Shown here: one piece after another, positions 1 to 11,027 of the stretch
Numbering within the stretch: position 1 is the first letter of the stretch
How the letters are laid out: each line of letters begins with the position of its first letter
Origin: an uncultured Methanoregulaceae archaeon
Lineage (GTDB): Archaea > Halobacteriota > Methanomicrobia > Methanomicrobiales > Methanospirillaceae
Reading direction: 5' to 3'
Length of the DNA: 64,000 nucleotides
Assembly (NCBI GenBank): GCA_963841015.1
Contig: CAWJAX010000002.1
Span: 192,001-256,000, forward strand
Notes under the pieces: model-generated
Database searches by the model: none
The model's input: only the letters and a program-made list of their open reading frames with translations
Told to the model about the DNA's origin: nothing
Translations under genes and position numbers: made by a program

Positions 1-485
1 GGCTCATCCAGAAAAATAACCTGCGGATCGTGAATCAGTGCACGGGCAATCGCAAGACGCTGCTTCATGCCTTTTGAAAATCCGCCCACCGCTTCATCTC
101 CCCGATCTGCAAGATGCAGGAGCGAGAGGATCTTATTGACCCGCTGAGGGATATCTGCATCAGGAATACCATAGAACCTGCCAAAGAAAGAGAGATTCTT
201 TTTTGCGCTGAGGCGTTCATAGAGCGACGGGGTTTCTGTAAGCACACCGGTCCTTGCCCGGACGTACGCCCCATCAACCGTCACATCTTTGCCAAAGAGG
301 ATCGCTTTTCCTGAGGTAGGTGTCAGGACGCCGTTGAGCAGCCGGACGAGGGTGGTCTTACCGGAACCATTCGGTCCGAGAACGCCGAATACTTCTCCTT
401 CCTCGATAGAGAAATTGATCCCATCGATTGCTGGAGTGCTGCCAAATGTCCGTACAAGGTTCTCTCCCTGGATTATCGGGTTCAT
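1..485 (-). CDS. ABC transporter ATP-binding protein (multidrug/DrrA-like), runs off the window start
   Basis: Manual translation from ATG at 485: MNPIIQGENL...Walker A GPNGSGKT, signature FSKGMKQR, Walker B IFLDEP. Confidence 0.9.
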   Translation of the reverse strand, partial: MNPIIQGENLVRTFGSTPAIDGINFSIEEGEVFGVLGPNGSGKTTLVRLLNGVLTPTSGKAILFGKDVTVDGAYVRARTGVLTETPSLYERLSAKKNLSFFGRFYGIPDADIPQRVNKILSLLHLADRGDEAVGGFSKGMKQRLAIARALIHDPQVIFLDE

Positions 486-574
486 GGTATCTTTGTCCTT
501 CTATCTTTTTTTTAATCGGGGAAAACAGTTGTGACCCGGGTGACTCATTGATGGTACGTTCCGCGATTGGTTTT

Positions 575-735
575 ACGCACGATATGACCTCACCAAAAAG
601 AGTATCTCGCAAAAATAGTCGGGGTGAGAAGAGAGACCATTCTCGCCATTGAAAAAAAGGTACTGCTAGCCCCCGGTAAAACCGGTACACGGTATCGCAG
701 ATGTCCTGCACACGATAACTATCCAACAGCTAAAC
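575..735 (+). pseudogene. Degraded XRE/Cro-C1 HTH transcriptional regulator remnant
   Basis: Across frameshifts and a stop it reads ARYDLT..EYLAKIVGVRRETILAIEK..Y..P...HGIADVLHT, the COG1476-type HTH pattern. Confidence 0.6.
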
Positions 736-990
736 GAGTTTTCTTGCTTCTTCGGCCGGGATGGCAACCATGGTCTCTATATCCAGAAAGTGTGACCGGC
801 GCATGGACAATTGCATTGCTTCCTTTTCATTCGGGGCTTCAATTATCGCCACAGCATCGTACCTGCCGAGTGTCCAGTCGATACTCAGGTATTTAATCCC
901 CTTTTTTGATTCTTCTTCAATCATTTTTAAGTTCTCAGAAATAAAGTCCCTGGGCTTTGTTTTGAATTTCACCAGTGCAATGAAACGCAT
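730..990 (-). CDS. GYD domain protein
   Basis: 86 aa with WTLGRYDAVAIIEAP motif. Confidence 0.85.
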   Translation of the reverse strand: MRFIALVKFKTKPRDFISENLKMIEEESKKGIKYLSIDWTLGRYDAVAIIEAPNEKEAMQLSMRRSHFLDIETMVAIPAEEARKLV

Positions 991-1189
991 AACTCACATC
1001 CTTTTCCCCAACACAGGTGGTATGGGTTGCTTTGGTATTGCTCATACACTATTTAACAGCACTCGCGGGTTACAAATTTTGAAAAAAGAGCAGCACTAAA
1101 AAAACAGTTGAGAGAAGCCAGATCTGAACCCTGTCCCCCTGGTATCTGCTGGCGAACGAAGATATATGGCGTTTTTTTGTTTAGCCTGT

Positions 1190-1327
1190 TTTACTTTCCT
1201 GGAATTCTGTTAATTGCATCGGCTCTCCATGGCAGAGAATCTCTCCCCCACCGGCTTCTGGTACAAGAACAACATTTCCCCAGACAGTACAACGGTACAC
1301 TTCGCCAGCTTTTTGAACATTTACCCT
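1190..1327 (-). pseudogene. Desulforedoxin-like (desulfoferrodoxin N-terminal) remnant
   Basis: Reads (AGG)VNVQKAGEVYRCTVWGNVVLVPEAGGGEILCHGEPMQL. AGG is at the expected start and the second Cys of CxxC is Trp. Confidence 0.65.
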
Positions 1328-1510
1328 TTGGGGCCTCTCACAAGCTTGTTGATTGTATTTTTTATTTTCATAAGGAGAGGATAATATTATGGATATCGTC
1401 AGATGTAAAAATCAGAACATCTCTTTTTCACCGTAAGAACAGATCAATCACGGGACCCATGATATTTGCCAACAGAACGCGAATTGTTGTTAAAAAACAA
1501 CCGGTTTATT

Positions 1511-1738
1511 TCATTCCTTTTCCACCCGAATGACGTCCGCACAGCAGAGTTCCGCTGCTTCGGCAGCACAATCCTCGAATTCTGCAGGAAGTCTCCCCTC
1601 CGCCTTGTTTCCGTTCAGCTGATATTTTTCTCTCACCTGGCTGAATGAATCGTCAGGATTCTGTTCGAAAATGTCCGGGCAGGTCTCCCAGCAGGTTCCG
1701 CAGATGGAGCAGTTTTCTCGATTCAGCATTATTTTCAT
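1511..1738 (-). CDS. Single-cluster ferredoxin
   Basis: CSICGTCWETCP and C-terminal AAELCCADVI. Confidence 0.9.
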   Translation of the reverse strand: MKIMLNRENCSICGTCWETCPDIFEQNPDDSFSQVREKYQLNGNKAEGRLPAEFEDCAAEAAELCCADVIRVEKE

Positions 1739-2176
1739 GATCCAATCCTCCTTTCCTTTTCACCGCATGGCTACGATAGTGCCCTTTATCAAGCCGAAGG
1801 CTTTCACCCGGTAACCAAACAGCCCCTTCTTTACTCGTGAATTTCCTCACGACCATTGAGATCTGCCCAAAGAACACGCGTCTGAAAACGGTAACGGAGT
1901 GGGCGGGTTATTACTCCGCCCATATCATGAAGGTATAATCCAGTTCCCAGGTTTTCAGGCTTCCCGGGAGAAGCACGCGAAACAGGATCATTGCCATTCA
2001 TAGTTCAAGGTTTGAGAGAGCTCCTCCTACGGAGTTGGGGCAGAGTGATAGTGCGGAGTCATCTCTCTGATGAGTTATCGAAGAGAAAATAGATAAAAAT
2101 ATTCATAAAAAACAAAATTTGAAACGAATTTTGGAAATTGTAAAAATCAGCTTACCTCGTACCATAAAGATTAAAA

Positions 2177-2350
2177 TTACAATTTTTTTATTCCTTTCTT
2201 TATTCGAAAAAGAACATCAGCTGTTAATACAGGGATATTATGTTCAGATTCCATGTGTGAAAGTAATTGTCGTATGAGTTCCCGTTCAGTTGTTCCTTTC
2301 ACTTCGAATGAACAATCCATGCCCAAATCTCCGCATTTAATTGAAGCCAA
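2177..2350 (-). CDS. DUF1059 small metal-binding protein
   Basis: IKCGDLGMDCSFEVKG.TE.EL...H...EH pattern; TTG start assumed. Confidence 0.8.
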   Translation of the reverse strand: MASIKCGDLGMDCSFEVKGTTERELIRQLLSHMESEHNIPVLTADVLFRIKKGIKKL

Positions 2351-2685
2351 TGGACTGCGTTCCATTGCACCTGGTACTTCCCGTCCTTCCCGTAACGACT
2401 GCACTCCTGATCACCAGTTTTGTTCTGAATCTCCATGAGTAAGAACACCCTTCGTTTTTTTTATTAATGAGGAAATTGTTAAGATTATTCCAGATAAACA
2501 AATTTTGAGACAAATTTTGAAACATTTGAAGAAAGGGACCATCTGCAATCAGAAGGGAACGATGTCCATCGGAACGCAGCAAGCTCCATTCATTATTCCA
2601 GGGGTCGATACACCTCATCACCGAATTGTTAATGAGACATCATGTGCAGACTACACACAAGGAAAATCCACAAAAATCCGCTATC

Positions 2686-3711
2686 ATGAATTCCCTCACC
2701 GAGTTCTCTAATTTATCCCGCGGCCTGATCACTCTTGCAGCAGTCATCCTGATACTCGCCGGGATGAAAGCTGCAGCATCCTTCCTGGCCCCGCTCCTTT
2801 TCTCAATATTTCTGGCGGTAATCTTCGGCATGCTTCTCCACTGGTTTGAGAAAAAAGGTCTTTCCCCCCGTCTTGCCCTCATCTCAACCTTAGGAGTCTT
2901 CCTGGCCATCATGGCCGTGTTTATCGTCGTGATTGCAGGGTCGTTTCTCCAGATCCTTTCCGAGCTTCCCCGCTACCAGCATGAACTGGAAAAAACCCTT
3001 GAACCGGGTAACCCCTTACTCAGCATCCCCGGTCTGGATCTCTCCTCACTGACCGTCCAGGACCTTATCCAATCTCTCTCTTCCCAGGCAGCAGGCATGA
3101 TCGTGGGCATAACAAATGTGATAGGTATCGCCGTAATTATTCTTGTTACCACCCTCTTCCTCATTTTTGAAGCCAGGGGTTTTACGTCAAAGCTGCAGCA
3201 GATCATTGAAGAATACCGCCCCGGCGACCTGAACCGGTTCACCACGCTCGCGCAGAAAAACGTAGACTACATCATCATCAGGACCAAGGTAAATCTTGCC
3301 ATGGGTGCTGGTGTGGCGATCATTCTCGCCTTGCTCGGAGTAAAATACGCCGTATTCTGGGGATTCCTCGCCTTCCTGCTTGGATTTATACCCTATATCG
3401 GGTTCTGGCTTGCGGTTGTTCCGCCTATGCTCATCGCCTGGGTCAGTCTTGGTCCCGTGTATGCCCTCCTGGTGCTCGCCGGATCGGCGCTGGTGAATTT
3501 TCTTGCCGAGTACATTATGTTCCCCGGTCTCGCAGGGCGGGGACTGGAACTTTCCGCAGCTGTAGTGTTCATCTCCCTTCTTTTCTGGGGGTATATTCTC
3601 GGAGGAATCGGGGTCCTCATTGCTGTGCCCCTGACCCTTTTTGTTCAGTTGATCTGCGAATTGTCTGAAGAGACCCGGTGGGTCAGCGTCCTTCTTGGAC
3701 CATCTGCGTAA
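2686..3711 (+). CDS. AI-2E family transporter
   Basis: Multi-TM protein with FLLGFIPYIG, YIMFP, WGYILGGIGVLIAVPLT motifs. Confidence 0.9.
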   Translation: MNSLTEFSNLSRGLITLAAVILILAGMKAAASFLAPLLFSIFLAVIFGMLLHWFEKKGLSPRLALISTLGVFLAIMAVFIVVIAGSFLQILSELPRYQHELEKTLEPGNPLLSIPGLDLSSLTVQDLIQSLSSQAAGMIVGITNVIGIAVIILVTTLFLIFEARGFTSKLQQIIEEYRPGDLNRFTTLAQKNVDYIIIRTKVNLAMGAGVAIILALLGVKYAVFWGFLAFLLGFIPYIGFWLAVVPPMLIAWVSLGPVYALLVLAGSALVNFLAEYIMFPGLAGRGLELSAAVVFISLLFWGYILGGIGVLIAVPLTLFVQLICELSEETRWVSVLLGPSA

Positions 3712-3961
3712 CGGGAGAAACAGGGATGCAGCGATTGGCTTCCCGCCCGAATTTTTATACGCACCATAAGACCCGGAGACCGGGTCAGCCCATTGCTGCC
3801 TCCCAGATGGGAGGACGGGCTCCGGACCGGGACTCACGAACATCGCCCAGGGGATCCACTTGGAGCGAAGCGTCACTCCTGTAATTTTTGCGATTTTTTA
3901 CAGAAGACTGTGTTTTTTTTATTAATCCAAATTATAACGAATGGAGAAAAAACGGATATAC

Positions 3962-4710
3962 TTAATTCCCGTTTTTGAGAACAAAAAACGTGTATCCATA
4001 TTCCTTCGAATACTTCCGGTGGATCTCCATCTCCTTTTCTAACCCTTTGATAATGGATTGTGCATCGGCATTATCCTTATACCTCTCTTTTAATCCGGGC
4101 ACCTTCTTCGACAACGGAGTATAATAGTGATCCCACCATGCGGCATCAGGGAGCCTGAACGAACTGATTACCGTATACCCGGCCGATCGGATTATGTCCT
4201 CAGTATCCGGTACTGATTTCATATCCGGACATTCTTCCCCCAAAAAGCTCTGCATTCCTCTGAGGGTGCATCGGTAAACCATGTACAGTCCGAGACTACC
4301 AGGTATCCATCCGGTTGTAAAAATTTTTTCCAGTACTGGAGAGCCGGGGATAACCCCATGATAAATGCAGAACCCTCAGACCAGATAATATCAAATGAGA
4401 CCTCGTTAAACGGAAGATTGTCCATGGATGCCCGATACGTCACGATTCTTGTGTCCAACCCGGCATTTTTTGCCCGGTGAATAAGATCATCCAGGAACGG
4501 CTGGTGAACATCTACGGCGGTGATCCTGCAATCAGGACAGAGCCTGGCAAGGGCAAGGGTCTGCATACCGGAGCCGCACCCGATATCAAGAATTTTTCCC
4601 CGTCTGTGATCCGGTGGGATGCATGACCATGCATGTGCCGTAGATTCATCAGTACCGGGACCCTGACGGGGTAAATCTTCAAACATCTTGCAGATAAGCG
4701 TTACATCCAT
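3962..4710 (-). CDS. Class I SAM-dependent methyltransferase (frameshift near 4240)
   Basis: LPRQGPG, ILDIGCGSG, FDIIWSEG; C-terminal half (WWDHYY..EYGYTFFVL) is in another frame. Confidence 0.85.
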
Positions 4711-4950
4711 TATACCAAGGTTAAAAAAAGAGATGATAACCCTTCTGGTTTTCTGACAACATAAGGCATGCCCGGCTGATGAAGCAAAACGTGAACGATC
4801 CTTCAATAATATCACTTCGTGTATCCCGTGATGCAGGTATGCAAAGGAGTGCGTCGGTGAAGAGATATACCGGAAACCTGTGGAGGAGAAAGAGGGATGA
4901 GGGAACGTGCACATCAACGGGTGAAAGAATCCTGACTTGGAAAAATGTGA

Positions 4951-5766
4951 TTATCCTGCCGGTGCAGGAACCGGAGGGACCGTTTTTGGTTCTCCCTGGT
5001 CGTACACGAGCGAGAAGTACCTGGCAGAGAAGATGGTAAAGATCGGGTTGACAACAAGGAGAAGGACCCAGCCGATATACGGGATAAATGACAGGATACC
5101 GGTAATGACGGCATAGATGACCATGGCTATGACGTACCCGATGAGGAGGATGATGTAGGAAATCCACCCGATGGTTCTTATCGTCGTAAGTATCGCTGAA
5201 AAACGGATGCCTTCGCGGATGCTTCCCGTCCGGGCAAACCGAACGGCACCGAGGATTCCAAAGAGCAGGACGATGATGAAGAGAATACCCTCCACGAAAA
5301 GGAGCAGCAGAATAAAGGAGACCAGGAGTATCCAGTCCGGTGAACCGGATAGTGCCTGGGTGGAAAGGAACGTGGTGAGTGCAAGGGCGATTCCCGCTGC
5401 CAGCACGAGTATGAGGGGAAGGATCCAGAGGAACCAGACCACTGCGAGCTTAATGCCATCGACAAAAAGGTCAGTCCACCCGGTGAAATCAGGGGCGGGT
5501 GATGTTCCCCGGTAGATACGGACGGTATAGCCCGAGATAAAGAACGAGAGAATGAAGCCGAGGCCGGCAAGGACCGCGATCTGGCCCCACGGGATCGCAC
5601 CCCAGTTTAGCTCAGTACCGGTCATGATTGTTTTGGGATCGATAAGGAACTGGATAAGCGAGAACGGGAGGGCAAAGAGAATGAAGATCGCCCACCGGGT
5701 CCATTTTCCTACCAGTGCTTCCTGCGCATAGGTGAATGAATCTGAAAGCAGTGCTCCGATATCCAT
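4951..5766 (-). CDS. DUF4013 membrane protein
   Basis: MDIGALLSDSFTY, GYTVRIYRG, APDF..W..LFVDGIK pattern; multi-TM. Confidence 0.85.
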   Translation of the reverse strand: MDIGALLSDSFTYAQEALVGKWTRWAIFILFALPFSLIQFLIDPKTIMTGTELNWGAIPWGQIAVLAGLGFILSFFISGYTVRIYRGTSPAPDFTGWTDLFVDGIKLAVVWFLWILPLILVLAAGIALALTTFLSTQALSGSPDWILLVSFILLLLFVEGILFIIVLLFGILGAVRFARTGSIREGIRFSAILTTIRTIGWISYIILLIGYVIAMVIYAVITGILSFIPYIGWVLLLVVNPIFTIFSARYFSLVYDQGEPKTVPPVPAPAG

Positions 5767-5986
5767 ACAGAAGATCACGTGAGATAATGGTATATCAACT
5801 CTTGTACGGGGGGATGCCGGGTGGACATACGAAAATCCAGTCAGTGAGCGTTGATTTGATGGGGATCCTGTTGAAATGGATGATGGGGGGGTCGGACCAA
5901 AAAAAAATGAGCAACCAGGAAGATGAAGTGGCGAAGTCGTCCGTGAGAAAAGAAAGGTTTATTCACCTGTGTCCGATTGTATAGTA

Positions 5987-6439
5987 ATGGACCGGATTAT
6001 AGTCTCACTGGATTTTCTTGAATTCCCTCCTACCCATACCTGCGATGGCGGGAATCTGTCTCCCCGCCTTACCCTTAAGGGATTGAATGCATCATCAGTT
6101 GCTGTTATGATCTTCAACCCGTTCGAAAAATCCTGTTGTTCTTTCACCCCCTGGATTGTCTGGAATATCCCCCCCGTGCAGCAGATCCCTCCCGGAATCC
6201 CCCATGGAGGCAGGGTCACTTCACCCATCGCAGCTGTGCAGGGCATCACGGACTATGGGACCATCGGCTATACGGGTCCGTGTCCTCCGCATGGCCAGAT
6301 GATACGGTATCTGTTCAGGGTATATGGGCTGGATGCGATGCTGGATCTCCCAGCAGGATCCAACAAACATGAGCTTATAACTGCGATGAAAGGGCATGCG
6401 ATCCAGTTTGGCGATACGGCCGCTGTATGTTCACGATGA
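5987..6439 (+). CDS. YbhB/YbcL (PEBP) family protein
   Basis: TCDGGNLSP, WIVWNIP, GYTGPCPP, RYLFRVYGLD. Confidence 0.9.
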   Translation: MDRIIVSLDFLEFPPTHTCDGGNLSPRLTLKGLNASSVAVMIFNPFEKSCCSFTPWIVWNIPPVQQIPPGIPHGGRVTSPIAAVQGITDYGTIGYTGPCPPHGQMIRYLFRVYGLDAMLDLPAGSNKHELITAMKGHAIQFGDTAAVCSR

Positions 6440-6659
6440 TTAGGATTACATTTTACACAAGGTATAGGAAAGCCCTTGAGAGATCCTCTGTTCTCCGAAG
6501 TGAATAACTGACCACACCAGCTCAGGAACGGTTCAGCCGGCTGCCATTCAGATAACTGATATAAACGATTCTTTTTAAGGGAGCCGCCGGAATACCTTTG
6601 AACCTCAGGACCCCCCGGAGCAGATCCGGTATCACGGGTTTAAAAAACGATTTTTTGGA

Positions 6660-8313
6660 TCATTCCTTCACGGTAATTACCCGGAAGATCCTTCCGTCTT
6701 TGAAGAGTGAGATCTTCCCCCCGCTCTGGGAGAGCACGATCCCGACAGCCGGTGTTTCCTGGGTAATGCCTGCCACGGATGCATGACGGGTACCAAGACC
6801 TTTGGGGATGGAAGCCTGGCTGGTATCGATGGTGATGTACCGCCCGGCTGCCTCAATGGTCCCGTCACCGGCAATGATGAAGGCGCCGTCAATCTGGGAG
6901 AGTTCCTTGACGGTCTCCCGGATCTCATGATTGGTCATGTTCCGTGCCGATCGGGGATGACCCTCAAAGGGGTTGAGGATCAACTGGGTTGATCTCGCCA
7001 GTACTTCGGGGGCACTCCCGATCATGAAGGTGGTCCCGATCGGCTTTCCTTCCCTTCCCTCCCGGGAAAGCTCAAGTGAGAGGGTATACACCTCCTCAAA
7101 CACCTCCTCCCTGATATCCGTTCCTTCAAGGAACTTGCTGATCCAGGTGGCAGATCCTGTCGGGAGATCCTTCTGGTTGATTTTCCGGTCAGTGATATCG
7201 TAGCCAATGGATAACATCTCGGTGAGCCGGCCCTGGTCATCCCGGATCGTTCGGTTGCTCCAGGCAATCCACACGCGTTCACCGTCCCGTTTCATGTTCT
7301 CATTCACGTTGATTTCAAACTCATCCGGGTTCTGCATAACGTCCCGTACCATCCGCACGAGGTCCCGTCCGGTGCGGGATTTCTGGGGGAGAATGGTACC
7401 TACCAGGTTTTGACCGGCAAGTTCCTCCTGGGTGAATCCAAAAAAGGCTGCCCCGGATTTGTTGATAAACCGGATCATGCCACGGGTATCCACGCGGAGC
7501 ACAATACTGTTTGCGCTGTCAAGGAGGTCCTGGTAGCGTACCTCACTTTTCCGGAGCAGATCCCGCATCCGGACATAGTCCGTTATATCCTGACCAATGA
7601 AGATCTGGCCCTTTTCCGGATCAGCAGGATCGATAGGGCGTGAGAGGAGGTGACAATGGATCAGGGTGCCGTCTTTGCGTTTCAGCAGACCCTCGACCAT
7701 GCCCCACCCCCCTTCGGTCGGGCCTTCAAAAAGACCTGTATCAATACGACGGTGCTCCGCTTCATCCGGAAAGAGGTGGATTGGATCGGAGCCGATCAGC
7801 TCGCTTTCAGTGTACCCGAGCTTCCTTGGGATAATAGCGTTCACCCAGAGGATCCGGTGATCTTTAATCACACAGGCTGCAATGGGAGAGGCATCATGGA
7901 TAGCCCGCATGATGATGTTATCCTGTACCATCTGCTCATCGATCCTGCGGTGCGCAACAAGGTTTTTGATAACCGGAACAAGCAGATCCTGATGGTTTTT
8001 GTCAGTAACATCCCAGAGATAATAATCAGCACCGGCGCTGAGTGCACGGTCAGCACGGTTACTTTCAAGCGCGTCAGTCAGAAATAGTCACAGGGACCCC
8101 CGTAGTGCAGGTCCGAATCTTTCGGAGGATTTCCAGCCCGTCACAATCATCTGCATTGTCATGGATAATGACGATGTCAGGACGTTGCCAGGACAGGACT
8201 TCCCCGATATCGGTCTTTTCGGGCAGCCGGGATACGTTCAGTTCCCCGTTCGCTTCACACCACCCGAAGAGTTCCGGACTGCTGGCAGGATCAACCAGGA
8301 GTACCCTTAACAT
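6660..8313 (-). CDS. Pseudo-receiver-PAS-PAS-diadenylate cyclase (one frameshift near 8088)
   Basis: ORF 8074-8313 is REC-like (VLLVD, PDIVII, DGLEILRKIR). Removing one base gives PVLFLTDA..ALSAGADYY, in frame with ORF 6660-7931. Two PAS/PAC domains (GQDITD, GYDITD). DAC domain with REGREGKPIGT, IDGAF, GTRHAS. Confidence 0.85.
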
Positions 8314-8684
8314 GGGTAGTTTTCTCACTGGCAATCCTCATCAAACTATGTGACGACATCTTGCCCTTCACCGTGGTGCAGCGGGCCGGGGAATGCATCT
8401 TATGGAGGGGTGACGGTCTGCCATAGACCTCCTTGTCAGGGACAAATCCCGGACCAGGACTGTCCTGCCTGGCCTGGCTGCAGCCCCATCGTTTTCCAGG
8501 ATCCCGTACATTTCTCCCCCAGCCCGCTGATGAGGGATAGGAAGAATGCAGCCGGGTTCGCCCGGCATACCCTTTCGGAGAATATCAGGAATGGTTGTTT
8601 CTCAGATTCCAAAAGCGGTAGGATTTATCTACGCGCTCGTAATGATCGGGATTACGCGTATCTCTGGTATTTTCCTGCAGCTGG

Positions 8685-10001
8685 TTATACTCTCGTTGTT
8701 GATGAATCTTCAGCCATCTTTCCTGCACCCTTCCTCGTATAGGGGAGGGAGAAACGGTAACTCACGACAAAGCCCATGACCAGTGCGATGGCCATTGCCG
8801 GGACGAGCTCCGGCTCAAAAACAATGGCGATGATGAGAGCAATGGCAATCGGGCTCCTGAGCAGGGCAACACTGAAGCCGGCAATCACGCAGACGAGGCA
8901 GACGGCTAGCGGCATAAAGGGGAAGAGCCGGAATACCAGGATTCCCAGGGTCCCCCCGATAAAGAAACCCGGGAAGATGTATCCCCCGGCAAAACCGGTG
9001 GAAAAGGAGAACGTTACAAGGACCATCTTTACCAGGACAAGGAGAAATAAAAGGACAAGGCTGACCTCAAGAGAGTTGTTGATGAGGACCTGGAGCTGGT
9101 CATTGCCCATAAAAAGGGTAAGGGGGAAAAGCATGCCTGCCAGCCCTAGTCCAAGACCGCCGATGAGGCCAAGGATGACAGGCTGGTGCTCCATCGGCTC
9201 AAAAAGCGCCCGCATTTTCTTGTAAAGGATAATGAAGAAAATCCCGCATACCCCGCCGATCAGGCCAAGAGCGACTGCATAGATGAGGTCAATGTCCTTG
9301 AATCCCCCGTAGGGCGGAAGGGTAAACATACTGCCGATGAAAGAACCTGATATCAGGAAATACGCGGCAAATCCTGCCGTGGCAGCCACGATCGAAGGAA
9401 GAACCGCCTTCCAGGTCATGATTCCTTTTTCCAGGGTGGTCTCGATAAAGATGAGGGCCCCGGCAAACGGTGAGGTGAGGAATGCCCCAAAAAAGCCACT
9501 GATGGCAGAGAGCGCTGAAAGGGTGACCACCGGGGGCGGCATGCGGGCTTTCTCCGCGATGGTACCACCCACTGCACCGGTGGCGACCGTAAGCGGTGCC
9601 TCCGGGCCGAGCGGAGCACCGCAGACAAGGGAGACCAGTCCCCGCAAGAAGAGCTCCAGTCCTCGTTTCAGGGTAAACCTCCCTTTCTCATTAAACTCGA
9701 TGAGATCCTCTGCCATGATGGCAATCTCACCGTTAAAATAATGCCGTATCACTCCAGCCCCCAGCCCCCCAACAACACAGATAACCAGAATGATGGGATT
9801 AAAAATTGGCGTCAGGGAGTCAACAGGTATGTCTTTCCACAGGATAGGGGTCAGAAATTCCTGGAGGAAAACAAACGCGATCATCATGAGGGCGCCGATA
9901 ATCCCGATGAGGGAGACAAAGAGCAGGAGAATGTAGAACTTTCCAGTGTTCAGCGAATCAGAAGCTTCATCGATCTTTTTACTGCTGGTATCTTCGGGCA
10001 T
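8685..10001 (-). CDS. ClC-family chloride channel/transporter (GPEAP variant)
   Basis: Multi-TM with LGPEAP, GFAGGYIFP, LFMG motifs; no CBS domains. Confidence 0.85.
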   Translation of the reverse strand: MPEDTSSKKIDEASDSLNTGKFYILLLFVSLIGIIGALMMIAFVFLQEFLTPILWKDIPVDSLTPIFNPIILVICVVGGLGAGVIRHYFNGEIAIMAEDLIEFNEKGRFTLKRGLELFLRGLVSLVCGAPLGPEAPLTVATGAVGGTIAEKARMPPPVVTLSALSAISGFFGAFLTSPFAGALIFIETTLEKGIMTWKAVLPSIVAATAGFAAYFLISGSFIGSMFTLPPYGGFKDIDLIYAVALGLIGGVCGIFFIILYKKMRALFEPMEHQPVILGLIGGLGLGLAGMLFPLTLFMGNDQLQVLINNSLEVSLVLLFLLVLVKMVLVTFSFSTGFAGGYIFPGFFIGGTLGILVFRLFPFMPLAVCLVCVIAGFSVALLRSPIAIALIIAIVFEPELVPAMAIALVMGFVVSYRFSLPYTRKGAGKMAEDSSTTRV

Positions 10002-10214
10002 CGCAGGTCTCCTGTATAGAATGAAAAACAAGGCAGTATTAAATACCACCACATTTAATCGAATCGCTCTGTCTCCGGTTTTCCTGAATTTTTGTCCCGA
10101 AACCTCATGAGAGTATATTCACCTGGTCCGGATAGCGTCATGAGGGGGAATTCCTCTGACTTCTATCCTGACTGTGCACCACCTTTTTATTTTCCGGAGA
10201 TGACCCGTTGGTAC

Positions 10215-11027
10215 ATGGACAACCTGAAATTTTTCCTTGGTATCGGGCTTGCTATCGTACTGGTTTTCTTCGGAGCGTCGGTATATACCCGGTTTGCCGG
10301 GGATACCACTGGTCCGGTAGACCGGGAGACGCTCTACCAGGTCTCCACCATCGATGCCCTGATGCAGGGTGTGTTTGACGGGATCCAGCCGATCGGAGAG
10401 CTGAAAACCCACGGTGATTTCGGGATAGGTACCTTCGATGCCCTGGATGGTGAGATGATTGTGCTGGACGGGGTAGTCTACCAGGCAAAGGCGGATGGCC
10501 ATATCTCCCGGGCCAGTGACAGCCTCACCACCCCTTTTGCTACCGTAACATACTTTGATCGCGACCGTACGGCCATGACCGAAAAGCCGATGAACTTTTC
10601 CGTCTTCTCGGCATCGATGGCCGGGGGACTGCCCTCACAGAACATGGTCTATGCCGTGCGGATGCAGGGATATTTTCCCCTGATGAAAGTGCGGTCAATT
10701 CCGGCGCAGCAGATACCCTACCCCACGCTGACTGAAGCGGCACAGAACCAGTCAGTCTATACCTATACAAATACCACAGGTTCTGTTGCAGGGTTCTACA
10801 CTCCCGTTTTTTTTGAAGGGCTCAATGTTGTAGGATTCCATCTCCATTTTATCAGCGATGATCAGCAGACCGGTGGCCATATTCTCGATTTCACCGTGCC
10901 GAAAAACACGACAGTCGAATATGACATAACACCGGAATTTCATATGATACTGCCGACAAGCGGTGCATTTACCGGAGCCGATCTTTCGCAGGATTTAACC
11001 GCGGATCTGGCAAAGGTAGAGAAGTAA
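10215..11027 (+). CDS. budA: Alpha-acetolactate decarboxylase family protein with N-terminal signal/TM segment
   Basis: YQVSTIDALMQG, HGDFGIGTFDALDGEM, GFHLHF, GGHILD. Confidence 0.88.
   Translation: MDNLKFFLGIGLAIVLVFFGASVYTRFAGDTTGPVDRETLYQVSTIDALMQGVFDGIQPIGELKTHGDFGIGTFDALDGEMIVLDGVVYQAKADGHISRASDSLTTPFATVTYFDRDRTAMTEKPMNFSVFSASMAGGLPSQNMVYAVRMQGYFPLMKVRSIPAQQIPYPTLTEAAQNQSVYTYTNTTGSVAGFYTPVFFEGLNVVGFHLHFISDDQQTGGHILDFTVPKNTTVEYDITPEFHMILPTSGAFTGADLSQDLTADLAKVEK

Noticed and set aside
8591-8690. Short hydrophobic reading MVVSQIPKAVGFIYALV, possibly a gene remnant
   Set aside because: Too short and frameshifted to assign
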